Shown in pieces: positions 29,083 to 38,597 of a DNA stretch of 64,000 nt; positions within the stretch are counted from its first letter, which is position 1, and every line of letters starts with the position of its first letter. The stretch covers positions 1 through 64,000 of the IMG/VR virus record IMGVR_UViG_3300004184_000006. One strand, 5' to 3'. The DNA comes from a virus. The position numbers and the translations under genes were made by a program. The notes below the pieces were generated by a model. That model saw only the letters and a program-made list of their open reading frames with translations. It did not search any database and was not told the origin of the DNA.

Positions 29083-32000
29083 TTATGCCGCCTTTTTCAG
29101 TAGTTCGGTTAGTAAATCGGCCAGCTCATTAAGCTGTGTGTCGTATTGCTCCATGAGTCCAGCGGCTTCTAATTTTCCAGCCAGTTCATCTAACTTGTCA
29201 TTGAATACCGTGTAGTCGGTTTCACCCCGCAACGCTTCAATATCGGCATCGAATGAGTTTACAGGCGTTTCGACTACTGGCAACTCTGGTTGTGGCTCTG
29301 GTGTTGGTGTTGGTGTAGGTTCTGGCATATTAGCCCTCTTGTTTTCCAGGTCATAAGCAAGCTGACTGGCAGTTTTAATCTCAGTGCCTAACAGAAGGTT
29401 AGTTGAGTAAATGGCATTATCGGTCAACTGTCTTTGCCATGCGCTGTTAGTTGGCGACCACTTAAAGCCGCTTGATTTTAGCTTGGCAATCATCTCTCTA
29501 TCTGGCTTGGTGTCGAAATTAACTCGTAGCCTGTCATCGCCATAATCAAGGTCAACCGTGCCGCCGTCAAAGTCGTAGCTAGTTTCACGATCACCGCTTG
29601 CCGCCATTGATGCTGATAATTCACGTTTTTTAAGTTCATCAATACGGTTTTTGGTGTTTTTGATGGTGGCGTTGTTGTTGGTTAGCTCGTAAGCCGCATA
29701 GCCGTTAGCCATCCCATCCTTCCATCGCTCTGAAATATCCAGCTTAGATGCTTCCGCACCAAAGCCCGCGTCAGTCAACTTAGCGCGTTTTTGGTCATCG
29801 CTTAGCGTTTTGCTTTTGATGATTTTATTAACGGCTTTCATGCGGTCCTGCATTCCCTGCAATCGGCTTAGCTTAAGTTCTTGCTGTTGGATTTCAGTTA
29901 GCGGTTTGGCGGGTTCTACTGCTGCCGCTGGCACTACCGTTACCGCTGGTTTTGTTTTCCAATCAGGAAAATCACCCTCAACAACTTCCGATTCAACAAA
30001 TGAGGCATAAGCGTCATCAATCTGGCTTTTAATCTTGCCGATCTCGTCGGTCATGATGTTTTCAGGCGGACGGACAGCACTGCCCTTGCTGTTAATGCTG
30101 ATTGCCGCCTCGCCATTGTCGTTAATTTCAACATAGCCAACCACACCCCCATCTTTAGTGCCAAATTGACCGACCACGCCATTTAAGACTGAATCAAAGA
30201 TACTTTCACTAACAGCACCGTTAAAATCGCCCCATGACACTACACCATCATGCTGTTTGATTATTTTCTCGATAATCCACGCGGTTCTGGTTTTTTCTGA
30301 TACTTGGTCAATATCAAGGGTTTCTTTTTCGTCGTCGTCATCATTGACGGCTTCAAACATTGAGTAAAACTCAAATGGTATGGGTATGCTCTCAGAACCC
30401 TCAGTGAACGCCACCAATTCATAAGCCTGTCTGAGTTTTTCAGGCGTTATGTTTTTGTTCTTTGTTAATCCAGCATAAACATCCGTTTCGTCAAGTTCGC
30501 TATCAATGCCAAAATAATCACCTACCAACAGCATTAAATCGGTATCTCTATGTCCGTCAATAATAGCTTTTTTGACTTCTTCGTCTGACATTGTAGGCGT
30601 GGTTTTATCCATTTCAGGATAAACAGCCGATTGCTTACTTAAAAACTCATCCACAACAGGCTTAATCACATTAGCCACGAATGCTTTAACGTCCAAGTCG
30701 AAAGGTAGCGCAAAACCCCATGATTTAAGGTCTTCTAGGGTTTTGGTTGAGTCGAAGTGATTGCGATTAATGCCAGTCGTTTCATCCATTGTTTCAAATG
30801 TTACTTTATATCCATATCTATCTTGAACTTCAATTTGCACCCAGCTATTGTTATCAAGCACTATTGCTACGCCTTGACCTGCAAGTGTCTCTTGCCTTTC
30901 AAACAATGGATTTATAGATAATATTTCAGCAAAAAAAGCTTCTTTTACACTTTCCATAATCGCCTTTAAAGACTTATGCGCAATATCCTTAATTTCATGA
31001 CTTGTCGGATTAGCCGATAAATAAGCAATCGCTTTTTTCTTAATCGCTGCGCTGATATTTGCGGCTTCGATGTTCGACTTGGCAACGGGGTCTATGCCTT
31101 GAGCTGGTTGTGCAGGATTTATTTCGCCTTTAATCTGATTAATTTCTGGTATTTCACCGTTATTTATATTAATAAGCATATCTACAATTGCTTTATCAGG
31201 TGTTTCAAACGAAGCAGAGTAATAACTATTACCTTCATTATCAACAAATCTTATGCTGTAATCTTTTGATTTTGGTGAGTAATTGCAAGTAAATACCGCG
31301 TCAATCATTCTGTATCTGAATGATATTGACTCGTCGCTAATTGTTTTTAGCTGCTCATTTCCAGAGCTAACAACAGCATCAATCATATTTTGAACAATGT
31401 TTTTTTGCTCAGATAGCTCTGGGGAAACCTCTGGATTAACTACCTCCTCTGGAAACCCATTACCATAATCAACACCATAATCAGGAAAGTTAGGATCGTC
31501 CTTAATAGCTACAACCTCATTATCAATATCAAGGTATTCAGTACCATCTGCACTTTGCCAATTGCCATCTTCATTGCGCATTATTTCAACAGTGCCGTTG
31601 TCTGGATCGTTATAAGTATGCGTGGCAATAAATCCGCCGCCAGCCGTAGCAGGGTTAATGACTTGCTCAACCTCTTTATCATCGGCGGCTTGCTTAGCTA
31701 TCTCATAATCAGCTTGTGCCTGTGCCAATTCTGATTCCAGTGTACCGATTTCGGTTTTTAGGTCAGTGATAGCCTGATTTTGCTCGGAAACTTTCCCGTT
31801 TGCACGCTGGAACGCCGCGCTGTTCTTTTCTGCCAGAATCATAATGCGCTTTGCTACATCCATAGGCTTTAAATCTTCGCCTTTTTCTGGAGCAACAATG
31901 ATAGTAATGTCCTTTTTATTCAGCATCCACTTCCATGCAATAACGGTATCTGCTGGGGTTATTTTTGCAGGGGTTGAATCTGGGTTGTGAAAAACGATTG

Positions 32001-32922
32001 AAATTGTCTGCCCATCGGTTAGATTGAACAGTGCGGTAAGCATGGTAACGCCGTCTTTTTTATATGGCCCGATAATCTGCGGCGATGCTTCGCCTTCTGC
32101 TGGCTCAGCTACCTTTAACTCAGTGCCAGCACGATTAAACGCTCCACGCACCACGCCCATTCTGCGCTCCAATTGAGCATAGGGCATATTCAGAGAGTCA
32201 AGGAATGCGCTTTCTGGCAACATGCAGTCGCCATAATCATGATAAATGTCGTCTGCATTAATGGAATCCAACAGCAAGCCGTCATCTTTATCAATAGCCT
32301 GCATTTCATAAACGATGCGAGCGGTAGTTGTGCCAATCGGCATACCTTCTGGAGTCCAGTGAATCTGTTTCATTTGTTCGATCTCTGTAATTGGTAAATT
32401 ATCGGCGGCAATCGGCTTGGTCATATCGCCGTGCTTAAGCCATTGCTTGAATTGTTTAATCGTTAGTTCAACCATGCTATGTAATCCGTTCCAATCACGG
32501 CTATAACTCAACTGGTAATCACTTTTTGCAAAGGATTCACCAAGATAGCAAAGCATTACCTTGTGTTCGTCGAATTTGCCATTGACGTATTGGTTAATCA
32601 CATAAATACGGTCTGATTGCGGGTAACTGCCGATAAAGCAATCAAGATGATCGCCGTCATTGCCAGTTGTATTAAGTATGTAGCCATAATTAGCGGCCAA
32701 TCTACATGCCCAGCTTTTGCCGTTTTTGTCTACGCCAGTTCGCAACGAGTATTGCGGTTGCTCAATGGCAATGCGTAACCCGTGCAGGTTGAACTTGCCT
32801 TTTTTATAGTTCCCAGCTTCAACTTGCTTATCAGTTGGCAATGGCAATGGGTTATTGCCAAATGCCCCACTGTGGGCAGCGTTGTCTATTTTTATGAATG
32901 TATCTGAACTAGGAGCTGCCAT
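29083..32922 (-). CDS. darA: Enlarged polyvalent DarA-like internal head protein
   Basis: N-terminal InPase-like domain (AGNYKKG...YGYI..T.G.DGDHLD...FDEHKVML); DarA_N-like (DGQTISIVFHNPD...VAPEKGED); DUF3560-like segment; DarA_C-like end (LDELAGKLEAAG...LNELADLLTELL). Confidence 0.8.
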   Translation of the reverse strand: MAAPSSDTFIKIDNAAHSGAFGNNPLPLPTDKQVEAGNYKKGKFNLHGLRIAIEQPQYSLRTGVDKNGKSWACRLAANYGYILNTTGNDGDHLDCFIGSYPQSDRIYVINQYVNGKFDEHKVMLCYLGESFAKSDYQLSYSRDWNGLHSMVELTIKQFKQWLKHGDMTKPIAADNLPITEIEQMKQIHWTPEGMPIGTTTARIVYEMQAIDKDDGLLLDSINADDIYHDYGDCMLPESAFLDSLNMPYAQLERRMGVVRGAFNRAGTELKVAEPAEGEASPQIIGPYKKDGVTMLTALFNLTDGQTISIVFHNPDSTPAKITPADTVIAWKWMLNKKDITIIVAPEKGEDLKPMDVAKRIMILAEKNSAAFQRANGKVSEQNQAITDLKTEIGTLESELAQAQADYEIAKQAADDKEVEQVINPATAGGGFIATHTYNDPDNGTVEIMRNEDGNWQSADGTEYLDIDNEVVAIKDDPNFPDYGVDYGNGFPEEVVNPEVSPELSEQKNIVQNMIDAVVSSGNEQLKTISDESISFRYRMIDAVFTCNYSPKSKDYSIRFVDNEGNSYYSASFETPDKAIVDMLININNGEIPEINQIKGEINPAQPAQGIDPVAKSNIEAANISAAIKKKAIAYLSANPTSHEIKDIAHKSLKAIMESVKEAFFAEILSINPLFERQETLAGQGVAIVLDNNSWVQIEVQDRYGYKVTFETMDETTGINRNHFDSTKTLEDLKSWGFALPFDLDVKAFVANVIKPVVDEFLSKQSAVYPEMDKTTPTMSDEEVKKAIIDGHRDTDLMLLVGDYFGIDSELDETDVYAGLTKNKNITPEKLRQAYELVAFTEGSESIPIPFEFYSMFEAVNDDDDEKETLDIDQVSEKTRTAWIIEKIIKQHDGVVSWGDFNGAVSESIFDSVLNGVVGQFGTKDGGVVGYVEINDNGEAAISINSKGSAVRPPENIMTDEIGKIKSQIDDAYASFVESEVVEGDFPDWKTKPAVTVVPAAAVEPAKPLTEIQQQELKLSRLQGMQDRMKAVNKIIKSKTLSDDQKRAKLTDAGFGAEASKLDISERWKDGMANGYAAYELTNNNATIKNTKNRIDELKKRELSASMAASGDRETSYDFDGGTVDLDYGDDRLRVNFDTKPDREMIAKLKSSGFKWSPTNSAWQRQLTDNAIYSTNLLLGTEIKTASQLAYDLENKRANMPEPTPTPTPEPQPELPVVETPVNSFDADIEALRGETDYTVFNDKLDELAGKLEAAGLMEQYDTQLNELADLLTELLKKAA

Positions 32923-32929
32923 GATGTAC

Positions 32930-32992
32930 TATCGCCTTAATATTGTGACGATATTTTAGGCATTATGAGAGGGGTGGAATGATGGGTTTTTC
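32930..32992 (-). promoter_or_regulatory. Putative late promoter 4 (darA operon) with hairpin
   Basis: GAAAAACCC (32992-32984)-N25-TAAAAT (32958-32953); stem TATCGTC/GGCGATA covers the AAGGCG SD-like site. Confidence 0.85.
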
Positions 32993-33007
32993 TTTTTCAA
33001 CAGACAC

Positions 33008-33038
33008 AAAAAACCGCCTTGTTATCAGCGGTTTTTTT
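33008..33038 (-). terminator. Intrinsic terminator after hdf
   Basis: A-tract-CCGC...GCGG-T-tract. Confidence 0.75.
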
Positions 33039-33073
33039 AATATGTTAGTGATTTTTTATTATCACTTACGCCA

Positions 33074-33613
33074 CTAAGCGGCTTTTTTTTCAGGATCAAC
33101 CAGCTTAGCCGTCTCCTCTTTAACAATGGCAATCTGCTCTTTAAGACCATCGCGCTTTTCAGTCAGTTGAACAATCTGCTGTTTTTTTGACGTGGTTGTA
33201 CTGGTGCGTGGCGTTGGGTCTTTCTTTTTAGCCATTGCCGCCTGAAACTTGGTGCGGCCAGCATTCATAATGCCGATAATTTCATCAACCGCCTTTTTCT
33301 GGTCATCCTGATTTTTAATAGGGGTGATCTTTTTGTTAATCACCACCTGAAAGACATCGCCGCTTTCTTTGATTCTGAGTACCAAAGATTGAGAGTCCAG
33401 AAATGCAATAGCAATCTCTCGATACTTAACGCCATTGGTACGTTTAACCTTGCTTATTTCAGCACTGGCGGCCTTTTCGTCTTCCTGCATGGTCTTGTTG
33501 CCAGCGCGGGTAAAGATGCCTGTAATCTGCTTTAGAGCCTTAGCCGCACCCTGTTCTGTTGCCAAGTCCGTCCATGAGAAAAGCGGGGTTTTGTCGTGTT
33601 TTACTGTATTCAT
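33074..33613 (-). CDS. hdf: Hdf-like protein (DarA N-terminal-domain paralogue)
   Basis: KRTNGVKYR....FLDSQ.L.LRIK..GDVFQV.IN.K..PI; upstream of darA and downstream of lysis genes as in P1. Confidence 0.7.
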   Translation of the reverse strand: MNTVKHDKTPLFSWTDLATEQGAAKALKQITGIFTRAGNKTMQEDEKAASAEISKVKRTNGVKYREIAIAFLDSQSLVLRIKESGDVFQVVINKKITPIKNQDDQKKAVDEIIGIMNAGRTKFQAAMAKKKDPTPRTSTTTSKKQQIVQLTEKRDGLKEQIAIVKEETAKLVDPEKKAA

Positions 33614-34128
33614 TAGATTGGATTTCCTGTGTTTCCGCCGCCCGTTTGAACGCCACTATGCTTGTGTGCCGAACCTACGCTCACGCCGTTATGTTTAAGT
33701 GTCGCGCTATTTATTGCTACATTGCCAGTTGCATTGATTGTCAAATCGCCTGACAAGGTAACGGTCAAATTAACCGCATTAAATGCCATTTCAGCATCGG
33801 CAACCAACTGTATGTTTTGATGGTGGAATCGCCGCCATCCGACATCGTTACCCGCTTTTGGGCAGCGATACCCAACTATGACGGGGTGGTTCTGATCGCC
33901 GTTGATAAACTCTACCCATATTAAATCATCGGGCAACAGTTCAATCTCAGTTGGCACAGTGCCTACCTTGGTTCGCGACTTATCACCAAGCGGGTAGCAT
34001 ATTTGCGCCTCTGGCAATACATCGCCGCCGTCCGTTATTTGCGGTATTTCTACCCGCGCAAGGCGAGTTGCCGCATCGTACACGCGAACTACGGCGGGGT
34101 ATTTGCCTAAAAACTGCTGTTCGCTCAT
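33613..34128 (-). CDS. Baseplate central spike (gpV-like)
   Basis: OB-fold (IWVEFINGD.NHPVIVG) and C-terminal HKH metal-binding tip HKHSGVQTGGGNTG. Confidence 0.85.
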   Translation of the reverse strand: MSEQQFLGKYPAVVRVYDAATRLARVEIPQITDGGDVLPEAQICYPLGDKSRTKVGTVPTEIELLPDDLIWVEFINGDQNHPVIVGYRCPKAGNDVGWRRFHHQNIQLVADAEMAFNAVNLTVTLSGDLTINATGNVAINSATLKHNGVSVGSAHKHSGVQTGGGNTGNPI

Positions 34129-34132
34129 GCTA

Positions 34133-34381
34133 TTAAGCGGCCTTTGACCGTAGCCACATTACAGCAACACTGATTGCCGCATCTAGTACGCACTCAAACA
34201 CATCACCAAAAATGACTCTCAGGTCTTTTTTTACCTTGGCGTGCTTTTCGGCATTTGATAGCCCTGCTAGGTTTTCTGAGTCTTTAACAAACATCCGCAC
34301 ATCATTCCATAACCGCGCACCCAGTACGCCTTTCGCTAACTGGCTGATTGCCGCCTGCTTTAATTCAGGTATTAATTGCAT
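34133..34381 (-). CDS. Lysis-cassette protein (holin/antiholin-like)
   Basis: ATG in TGATG overlap; amphipathic helices ending ...LDAAISVAVMWLR. Confidence 0.5.
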   Translation of the reverse strand: MQLIPELKQAAISQLAKGVLGARLWNDVRMFVKDSENLAGLSNAEKHAKVKKDLRVIFGDVFECVLDAAISVAVMWLRSKAA

Positions 34382-34500
34382 CAAAACCTCACATCAATAA
34401 TAGTAATGACAGGCACATCAAATGCACCTGTCTGAATATCGGATTGCGTTGTAGCACAGCCGCTAAGTAGTAAAGCCAGGCTATACGCCCACTTTTTCAC
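34381..34500 (-). CDS. 39-aa lipoprotein (not in ORF track)
   Basis: GTG start, MKKWAYSLALLLSG-CATTQSDIQTGAFDVPVITIIDVRF; lipobox LSGC; overlaps both neighbours. Confidence 0.75.
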   Translation of the reverse strand: MKKWAYSLALLLSGCATTQSDIQTGAFDVPVITIIDVRF

Positions 34501-34726
34501 TGGTTGCAGCCGTTAAATAGGCGTTCACCGCGCCGCCTAGGGTAGCCAATCCGTAGGCGATAGAGTTTAAATCGGTTTCTGGAATTTCGATATTGCCAAA
34601 CTTTAACCCCGCGCCGATGATAATTAGTAGTGCGTTCATCACCAACTGTCTGTTCTTCCATGCTGCCGATGACTTAAGGCTTTCGCCTGCTTTTAATGCG
34701 TCTAACGCTAAAAATATTTTTCCCAT
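34481..34726 (-). CDS. Putative holin
   Basis: 81 aa with two hydrophobic segments directly after the endolysin. Confidence 0.6.
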   Translation of the reverse strand: MGKIFLALDALKAGESLKSSAAWKNRQLVMNALLIIIGAGLKFGNIEIPETDLNSIAYGLATLGGAVNAYLTAATSEKVGV

Positions 34727-34735
34727 TTAATACAC

Positions 34736-35332
34736 CTACTTCAATAATTTGTAATACTTTTTAAAAAGGGCGATACGGTTATCTAAACCATGTGTCCTAC
34801 CGTTTACCCGCTTAGTCACAGCGGTAATAACTTCCACTCGATCCCCTTTGTCGCAAATTGGTAAAATCTCTTTGATATGGAAAAACCAAGCGGCTGATAA
34901 CAAGGGGTATTTAGTGGCAACCAAATCAGGATTTTTAACTAAATTGTCCATAGTTATATCGCTGAATAACCTGAAACTTTCTTTTCCAGTTAGCTGAATA
35001 TAACCTTTTCCAGAATAGTGAAAGCCATCGCCGCTCGCTTCATTGCCGTTGCCCATGCGGTTAGCGTAAGCAATATTAGCAATCCGAACTGGCTTGCGAG
35101 CGCATTCATTGGCTAATTGACGATTAAAGTATTTAGGAAACACCTTAAGCAAGCCCTCTGCTGAATAGTTAAGGTTTTCTCTAATAGCAGTAAACCCAGC
35201 ACTTTCGTGATGACACTGACTTAAAAAGTGTGCCAGTCGCAATGGGGTATTGATTTTGAATTTATCAATGACGGCGGGCAATTCTGCCATTACCGATTTA
35301 GGGGCAACGCCCTGTAGTCCTTCGATGTTCAT
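34736..35332 (-). CDS. Glycoside hydrolase family 19 endolysin
   Basis: RLAHFLSQCHHESAGF, ENLNYS, YANRMGNG, GKGYIQLTGK, SAAWFF, TKRVNG. Confidence 0.92.
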   Translation of the reverse strand: MNIEGLQGVAPKSVMAELPAVIDKFKINTPLRLAHFLSQCHHESAGFTAIRENLNYSAEGLLKVFPKYFNRQLANECARKPVRIANIAYANRMGNGNEASGDGFHYSGKGYIQLTGKESFRLFSDITMDNLVKNPDLVATKYPLLSAAWFFHIKEILPICDKGDRVEVITAVTKRVNGRTHGLDNRIALFKKYYKLLK

Positions 35333-35335
35333 GCT

Positions 35336-35401
35336 AATACCGATAGTTTTTTGTTAGCGGTATTTTATGGTGACTTTTGTAGGTGGAATGGTGGGTTTTT
35401 C
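35336..35401 (-). promoter_or_regulatory. Putative late promoter 5 (lysis-spike-hdf operon) with hairpin
   Basis: GAAAAACCC (35401-35393)-N25-TAAAAT (35367-35362); stem AATACCG/CGGTATT ends 3 nt before the ATG. Confidence 0.85.
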
Positions 35402-35405
35402 CTGA

Positions 35406-36299
35406 TTAACTCGCTACATCCCCTAGCCATAATTTTGTATATTGCTCACTACCACTTGAGTCTAGGCCGCCCTCGAACACATGAGCTGCTGTAATAACTG
35501 CATATTGACCAACGCCCTGTATGTCTATCACATCTCCCGCACAAATACGGGTATCAAAGGCTATTTTATTAATCTCCTTACGCCTTACCAGTACGCGCCC
35601 CATGTTCTGTAACTGCCTTTCATCCTTATTGGGTACAAAGGTAGATTTGCGGGTTTTTGTCTTGTTGCCATAAATGAAATTGCCGTTATCATCAATCGAG
35701 TAAAACGTAGGAATTTCATGACGCTCTAAAAATCCGCTGTCAAAGTCCTTTACTGAGCTGTTTGGCAAGCTCATGACAGGGGTTTGCTTCATCAAATCCT
35801 GCAATCTGAACAATGCCATTTTGCCATTTTTCCACCGAACAACCGCACCTTCTTCCTGTAAGGTCTTGGCAATATCAACCGTAGGATAATGGCCTGCATA
35901 GCAATAAAATCGCTTCACTGGCAGGTCGTTGTCGATAGCCTTTAAGGCTGCCCCGCTTGCTCGATAAATAGCCTGTATCGTGGTTTTTTCTTTGAGTATG
36001 GCGGTCTTTAGAATGAATGAAGCCTTGTAGACAGACTCCAGATAGGCGAATATCTCAATGAATGACATCTCATGTTCGCCTTGGCTTTGCCTGCCCGTTG
36101 GGGCTGCTGACTTGACGATATAAAATCGGTCGCTACCTGCGGTTATTGTTTGCCCTTCTGATAACAGCTTTCGCAATTCATTATCCACGCGAATGATCGC
36201 GTGCAATGTAGCAGGAATGGGAACTAGGTCTGAACGCAGGACGGCTGATTTTATTAAATCGCCGCGAATTTGTTTACCGTTCGATGGTATTAGTATCAT
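35406..36299 (-). CDS. Baseplate hub protein (gp27/GpD-like)
   Basis: 297 aa; C-terminal ICAGDVIDI....Y.VIT.AH.F....YTKLWLG typical of hub proteins. Confidence 0.6.
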   Translation of the reverse strand: MILIPSNGKQIRGDLIKSAVLRSDLVPIPATLHAIIRVDNELRKLLSEGQTITAGSDRFYIVKSAAPTGRQSQGEHEMSFIEIFAYLESVYKASFILKTAILKEKTTIQAIYRASGAALKAIDNDLPVKRFYCYAGHYPTVDIAKTLQEEGAVVRWKNGKMALFRLQDLMKQTPVMSLPNSSVKDFDSGFLERHEIPTFYSIDDNGNFIYGNKTKTRKSTFVPNKDERQLQNMGRVLVRRKEINKIAFDTRICAGDVIDIQGVGQYAVITAAHVFEGGLDSSGSEQYTKLWLGDVAS

Positions 36300-36459
36300 T
36301 ATTCACAGCAATAGGTTCAAAATCAGGGCAGTCTGCCGCCCGTTTCCCTTGCCCTTGCCCTTGGATAATCACCTTATCGGTTGTAAATACCTGAGTATGC
36401 TTAACGCAATCCATTTTTACAGGGCATGAGCCGTTAGTACAGAAAAACCTGCTTTTCAT
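36274..36459 (-). CDS. Small Cys-rich hypothetical protein
   Basis: FCTNGSCPVKMDC...CPDF. Confidence 0.5.
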   Translation of the reverse strand: MKSRFFCTNGSCPVKMDCVKHTQVFTTDKVIIQGQGQGKRAADCPDFEPIAVNNDTNTIER

Positions 36460-36568
36460 TGGTAACGCCTTTTTTTCCAGTTGCTATATGTCTTTTCACG
36501 CCCGCTAAATATAAAAAATATCAGCGTACAAAAGAGCAATACTATGAATATTGCAGTAGGGAAAAGCC

Positions 36569-36982
36569 TCATAAAATACTCACGACTGAGCATGAAAAAG
36601 CCTCGCGCTGCATATTCATCTCACACTGATTTATATCGCCTTGTATCTCAGCAACCGACCGACCGTAAACATCAACACCCAATGACCGACTGGCCTCAAG
36701 CAATACGGCATTTTCTTTCTCAACGTAATAGACAAACAGCGGGCTAATAATCGACCACTCACCAAGACTAATATCGGTTGCGCTGGTTATCGCTGGATAT
36801 GGCGTAGGTGGCACAGGAGCAGGTACGGAAATTGGAATCAATAAATGCACGTCCAATGCCGCGTACCCCTGATAAAAGCGCACAGCCTTTAAAGCAACGG
36901 CGGTTAAATCAGGAGTCTCAAGCATATTACCAGCTAGATGCTCTTCCATGTACCGCGTTACTAAATCAGCTATGGTAGCCAT
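36569..36982 (-). CDS. Putative neck / head-tail protein
   Basis: 137 aa coupled to the tube gene; function inferred from position only. Confidence 0.4.
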   Translation of the reverse strand: MATIADLVTRYMEEHLAGNMLETPDLTAVALKAVRFYQGYAALDVHLLIPISVPAPVPPTPYPAITSATDISLGEWSIISPLFVYYVEKENAVLLEASRSLGVDVYGRSVAEIQGDINQCEMNMQREAFSCSVVSIL

Positions 36983-37491
36983 TAGATGAACTGTGATGTA
37001 GCAGGGATGGTTTCACCGAAATAGTGATAGAACAATGTGCCGCTAATCATCAATGCTTGACTGCGGTTTTCCCAGTCTGTATCGGGGCTATCTGGCACAA
37101 AGAAACAGCCAGTGTAGCGTTTGCCGCCAACATGACGATCAGGCGTGCCGTGATACGCGATACAATCAAATTTACCCGCATTCTGCCCGCTGGTAGCAAG
37201 AATATCCAAGAAAGCCTGCTCAATAACATGCTTTTGCGTTTCGTAAAATGCCAAAGGCCCTTGCATTGCAACTTTTTGTTGTTGCTTTTCCCACCGATTA
37301 AAGCCAACAGGCATGGCTAGGTCAATTTCACCTGCCGCGCCCGCTTCTGCCCAAGGGCATTGCTTGGTTAAAACCCACAGGCTTTCATGACCTGCAATCT
37401 GTAAAGAAAAATCGGATGATATGGCGACCTGCCCAGCGGCAACTGACCTGTCATATAATAGTTTGGCATCGCTTAAAGAATTGTTCGCCAT
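36982..37491 (-). CDS. Tail tube protein (P1 BplB-like)
   Basis: AAGQVAISSDFSLQIAGHESLWVL aligns by eye with recalled P1 BplB AKGERLVSSEFQLTFAGHEDISVL; 169 aa. Confidence 0.7.
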   Translation of the reverse strand: MANNSLSDAKLLYDRSVAAGQVAISSDFSLQIAGHESLWVLTKQCPWAEAGAAGEIDLAMPVGFNRWEKQQQKVAMQGPLAFYETQKHVIEQAFLDILATSGQNAGKFDCIAYHGTPDRHVGGKRYTGCFFVPDSPDTDWENRSQALMISGTLFYHYFGETIPATSQFI

Positions 37492-37510
37492 GTTTAAATC
37501 TCGCTTATGT

Positions 37511-37711
37511 TTAATGTTTCATGCAATTTGCAATCGTTTTGCAAATATTGTTAGTTCCGCTTATCACGCTGTTTAGTCGGTCTAAAACCTCCTTAACCAG
37601 CTTGTAATCGCCTTCTTTGTTCTTTTTCCACCCTTCGTAGGCCTTGCTATTGAATGCCTTATCGACAATGCTCATAGGTAATTCCAATGCGCTATTTATC
37701 GGGGTATTCAT
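37511..37711 (-). CDS. Hypothetical protein
   Basis: 66 aa in late operon. Confidence 0.55.
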   Translation of the reverse strand: MNTPINSALELPMSIVDKAFNSKAYEGWKKNKEGDYKLVKEVLDRLNSVISGTNNICKTIANCMKH

Positions 37712-37736
37712 GTACAGGCTAAGATTAACTACTGCG

Positions 37737-38510
37737 TTAATTTGATCGCTTAGCCAGCTCTCTCGCTGACTTCGATAAACAGGAATGGGGGCGAAATCGT
37801 GTTGGCATTAAATCCAACTCACCCCCTTGCTCATCGCTTGTTTTTGCGGGTAATACGCAAATTCCGTACTGGTCAAAATCAATGGAAACCATGTGGTCCA
37901 GTTTTGGCCTATGGATTCGATAGGCCAGCATCAATGTCTCAAAATCGCTATCTGGATAGGCTAGAAAGGTATTGATGCGATTCTCTAGCCAGTTGTCCAA
38001 GTCCTGTTCTAAATCAAATTTAACGGGCTTTTCATTTTCAGCTATCAGTTGCGCAGCCATACCGCCGACCAACCAGTGCAAGTAACCATCATGGCTAAAT
38101 GAGGTAGTAAGGCGTTCAATTGATTCCGCCATTGCGCCTGTCAAGTGCTGGATAAACCATTTATCACCGCCGTGTTCACCCAACTCAACGCGGGTAAAAT
38201 CAGGCGATAGGTTTAATTCAAAGTCCAGATAGTCATGATAAAAACTATTGTTGCTTGCAGGGAAATTAGGGCCATCCAATCTGGTGTAGGACATATACCA
38301 ACTAACCGCTGTTATGCGCTCCTGAGCTGTCCAATTAATGGGGTCATCATCAACACCCTTAACTGACTTAATCGCATGTCTTAGTAACTGTGTCGTGGTG
38401 GACTCAAGTTTGGTGGCATCAATGCCAGCTAATTCAATCGCTTGGTTAAAGGTCAATTCCTTTAGCTCTATCGTGAATCGGTTGGTGCGCAATTGAGGTA
38501 GGGTTATCAC
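37737..38510 (-). CDS. Putative tail/baseplate assembly chaperone
   Basis: MITLPQL...IELKELTF start resembles T4 gp26-like chaperones; first gene after late promoter 6. Confidence 0.5.
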   Translation of the reverse strand: MITLPQLRTNRFTIELKELTFNQAIELAGIDATKLESTTTQLLRHAIKSVKGVDDDPINWTAQERITAVSWYMSYTRLDGPNFPASNNSFYHDYLDFELNLSPDFTRVELGEHGGDKWFIQHLTGAMAESIERLTTSFSHDGYLHWLVGGMAAQLIAENEKPVKFDLEQDLDNWLENRINTFLAYPDSDFETLMLAYRIHRPKLDHMVSIDFDQYGICVLPAKTSDEQGGELDLMPTRFRPHSCLSKSARELAKRSN

Positions 38511-38516
38511 AGGATT

Positions 38517-38582
38517 CCGTTACTAAGGTTTGGATTAGCAACAGTTTAATGAATGGATACATGGATAAATGGCGGGTTTTTC
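38517..38582 (-). promoter_or_regulatory. Putative late promoter 6 with hairpin
   Basis: GAAAAACCC (38582-38574)-N25-TAAACT (38548-38543); 10-bp stem CTGTTGCTAA/TTAGTAACGG (two G-U pairs). Confidence 0.85.
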
Positions 38583-38597
38583 TTTTTTGGCGGGCAT

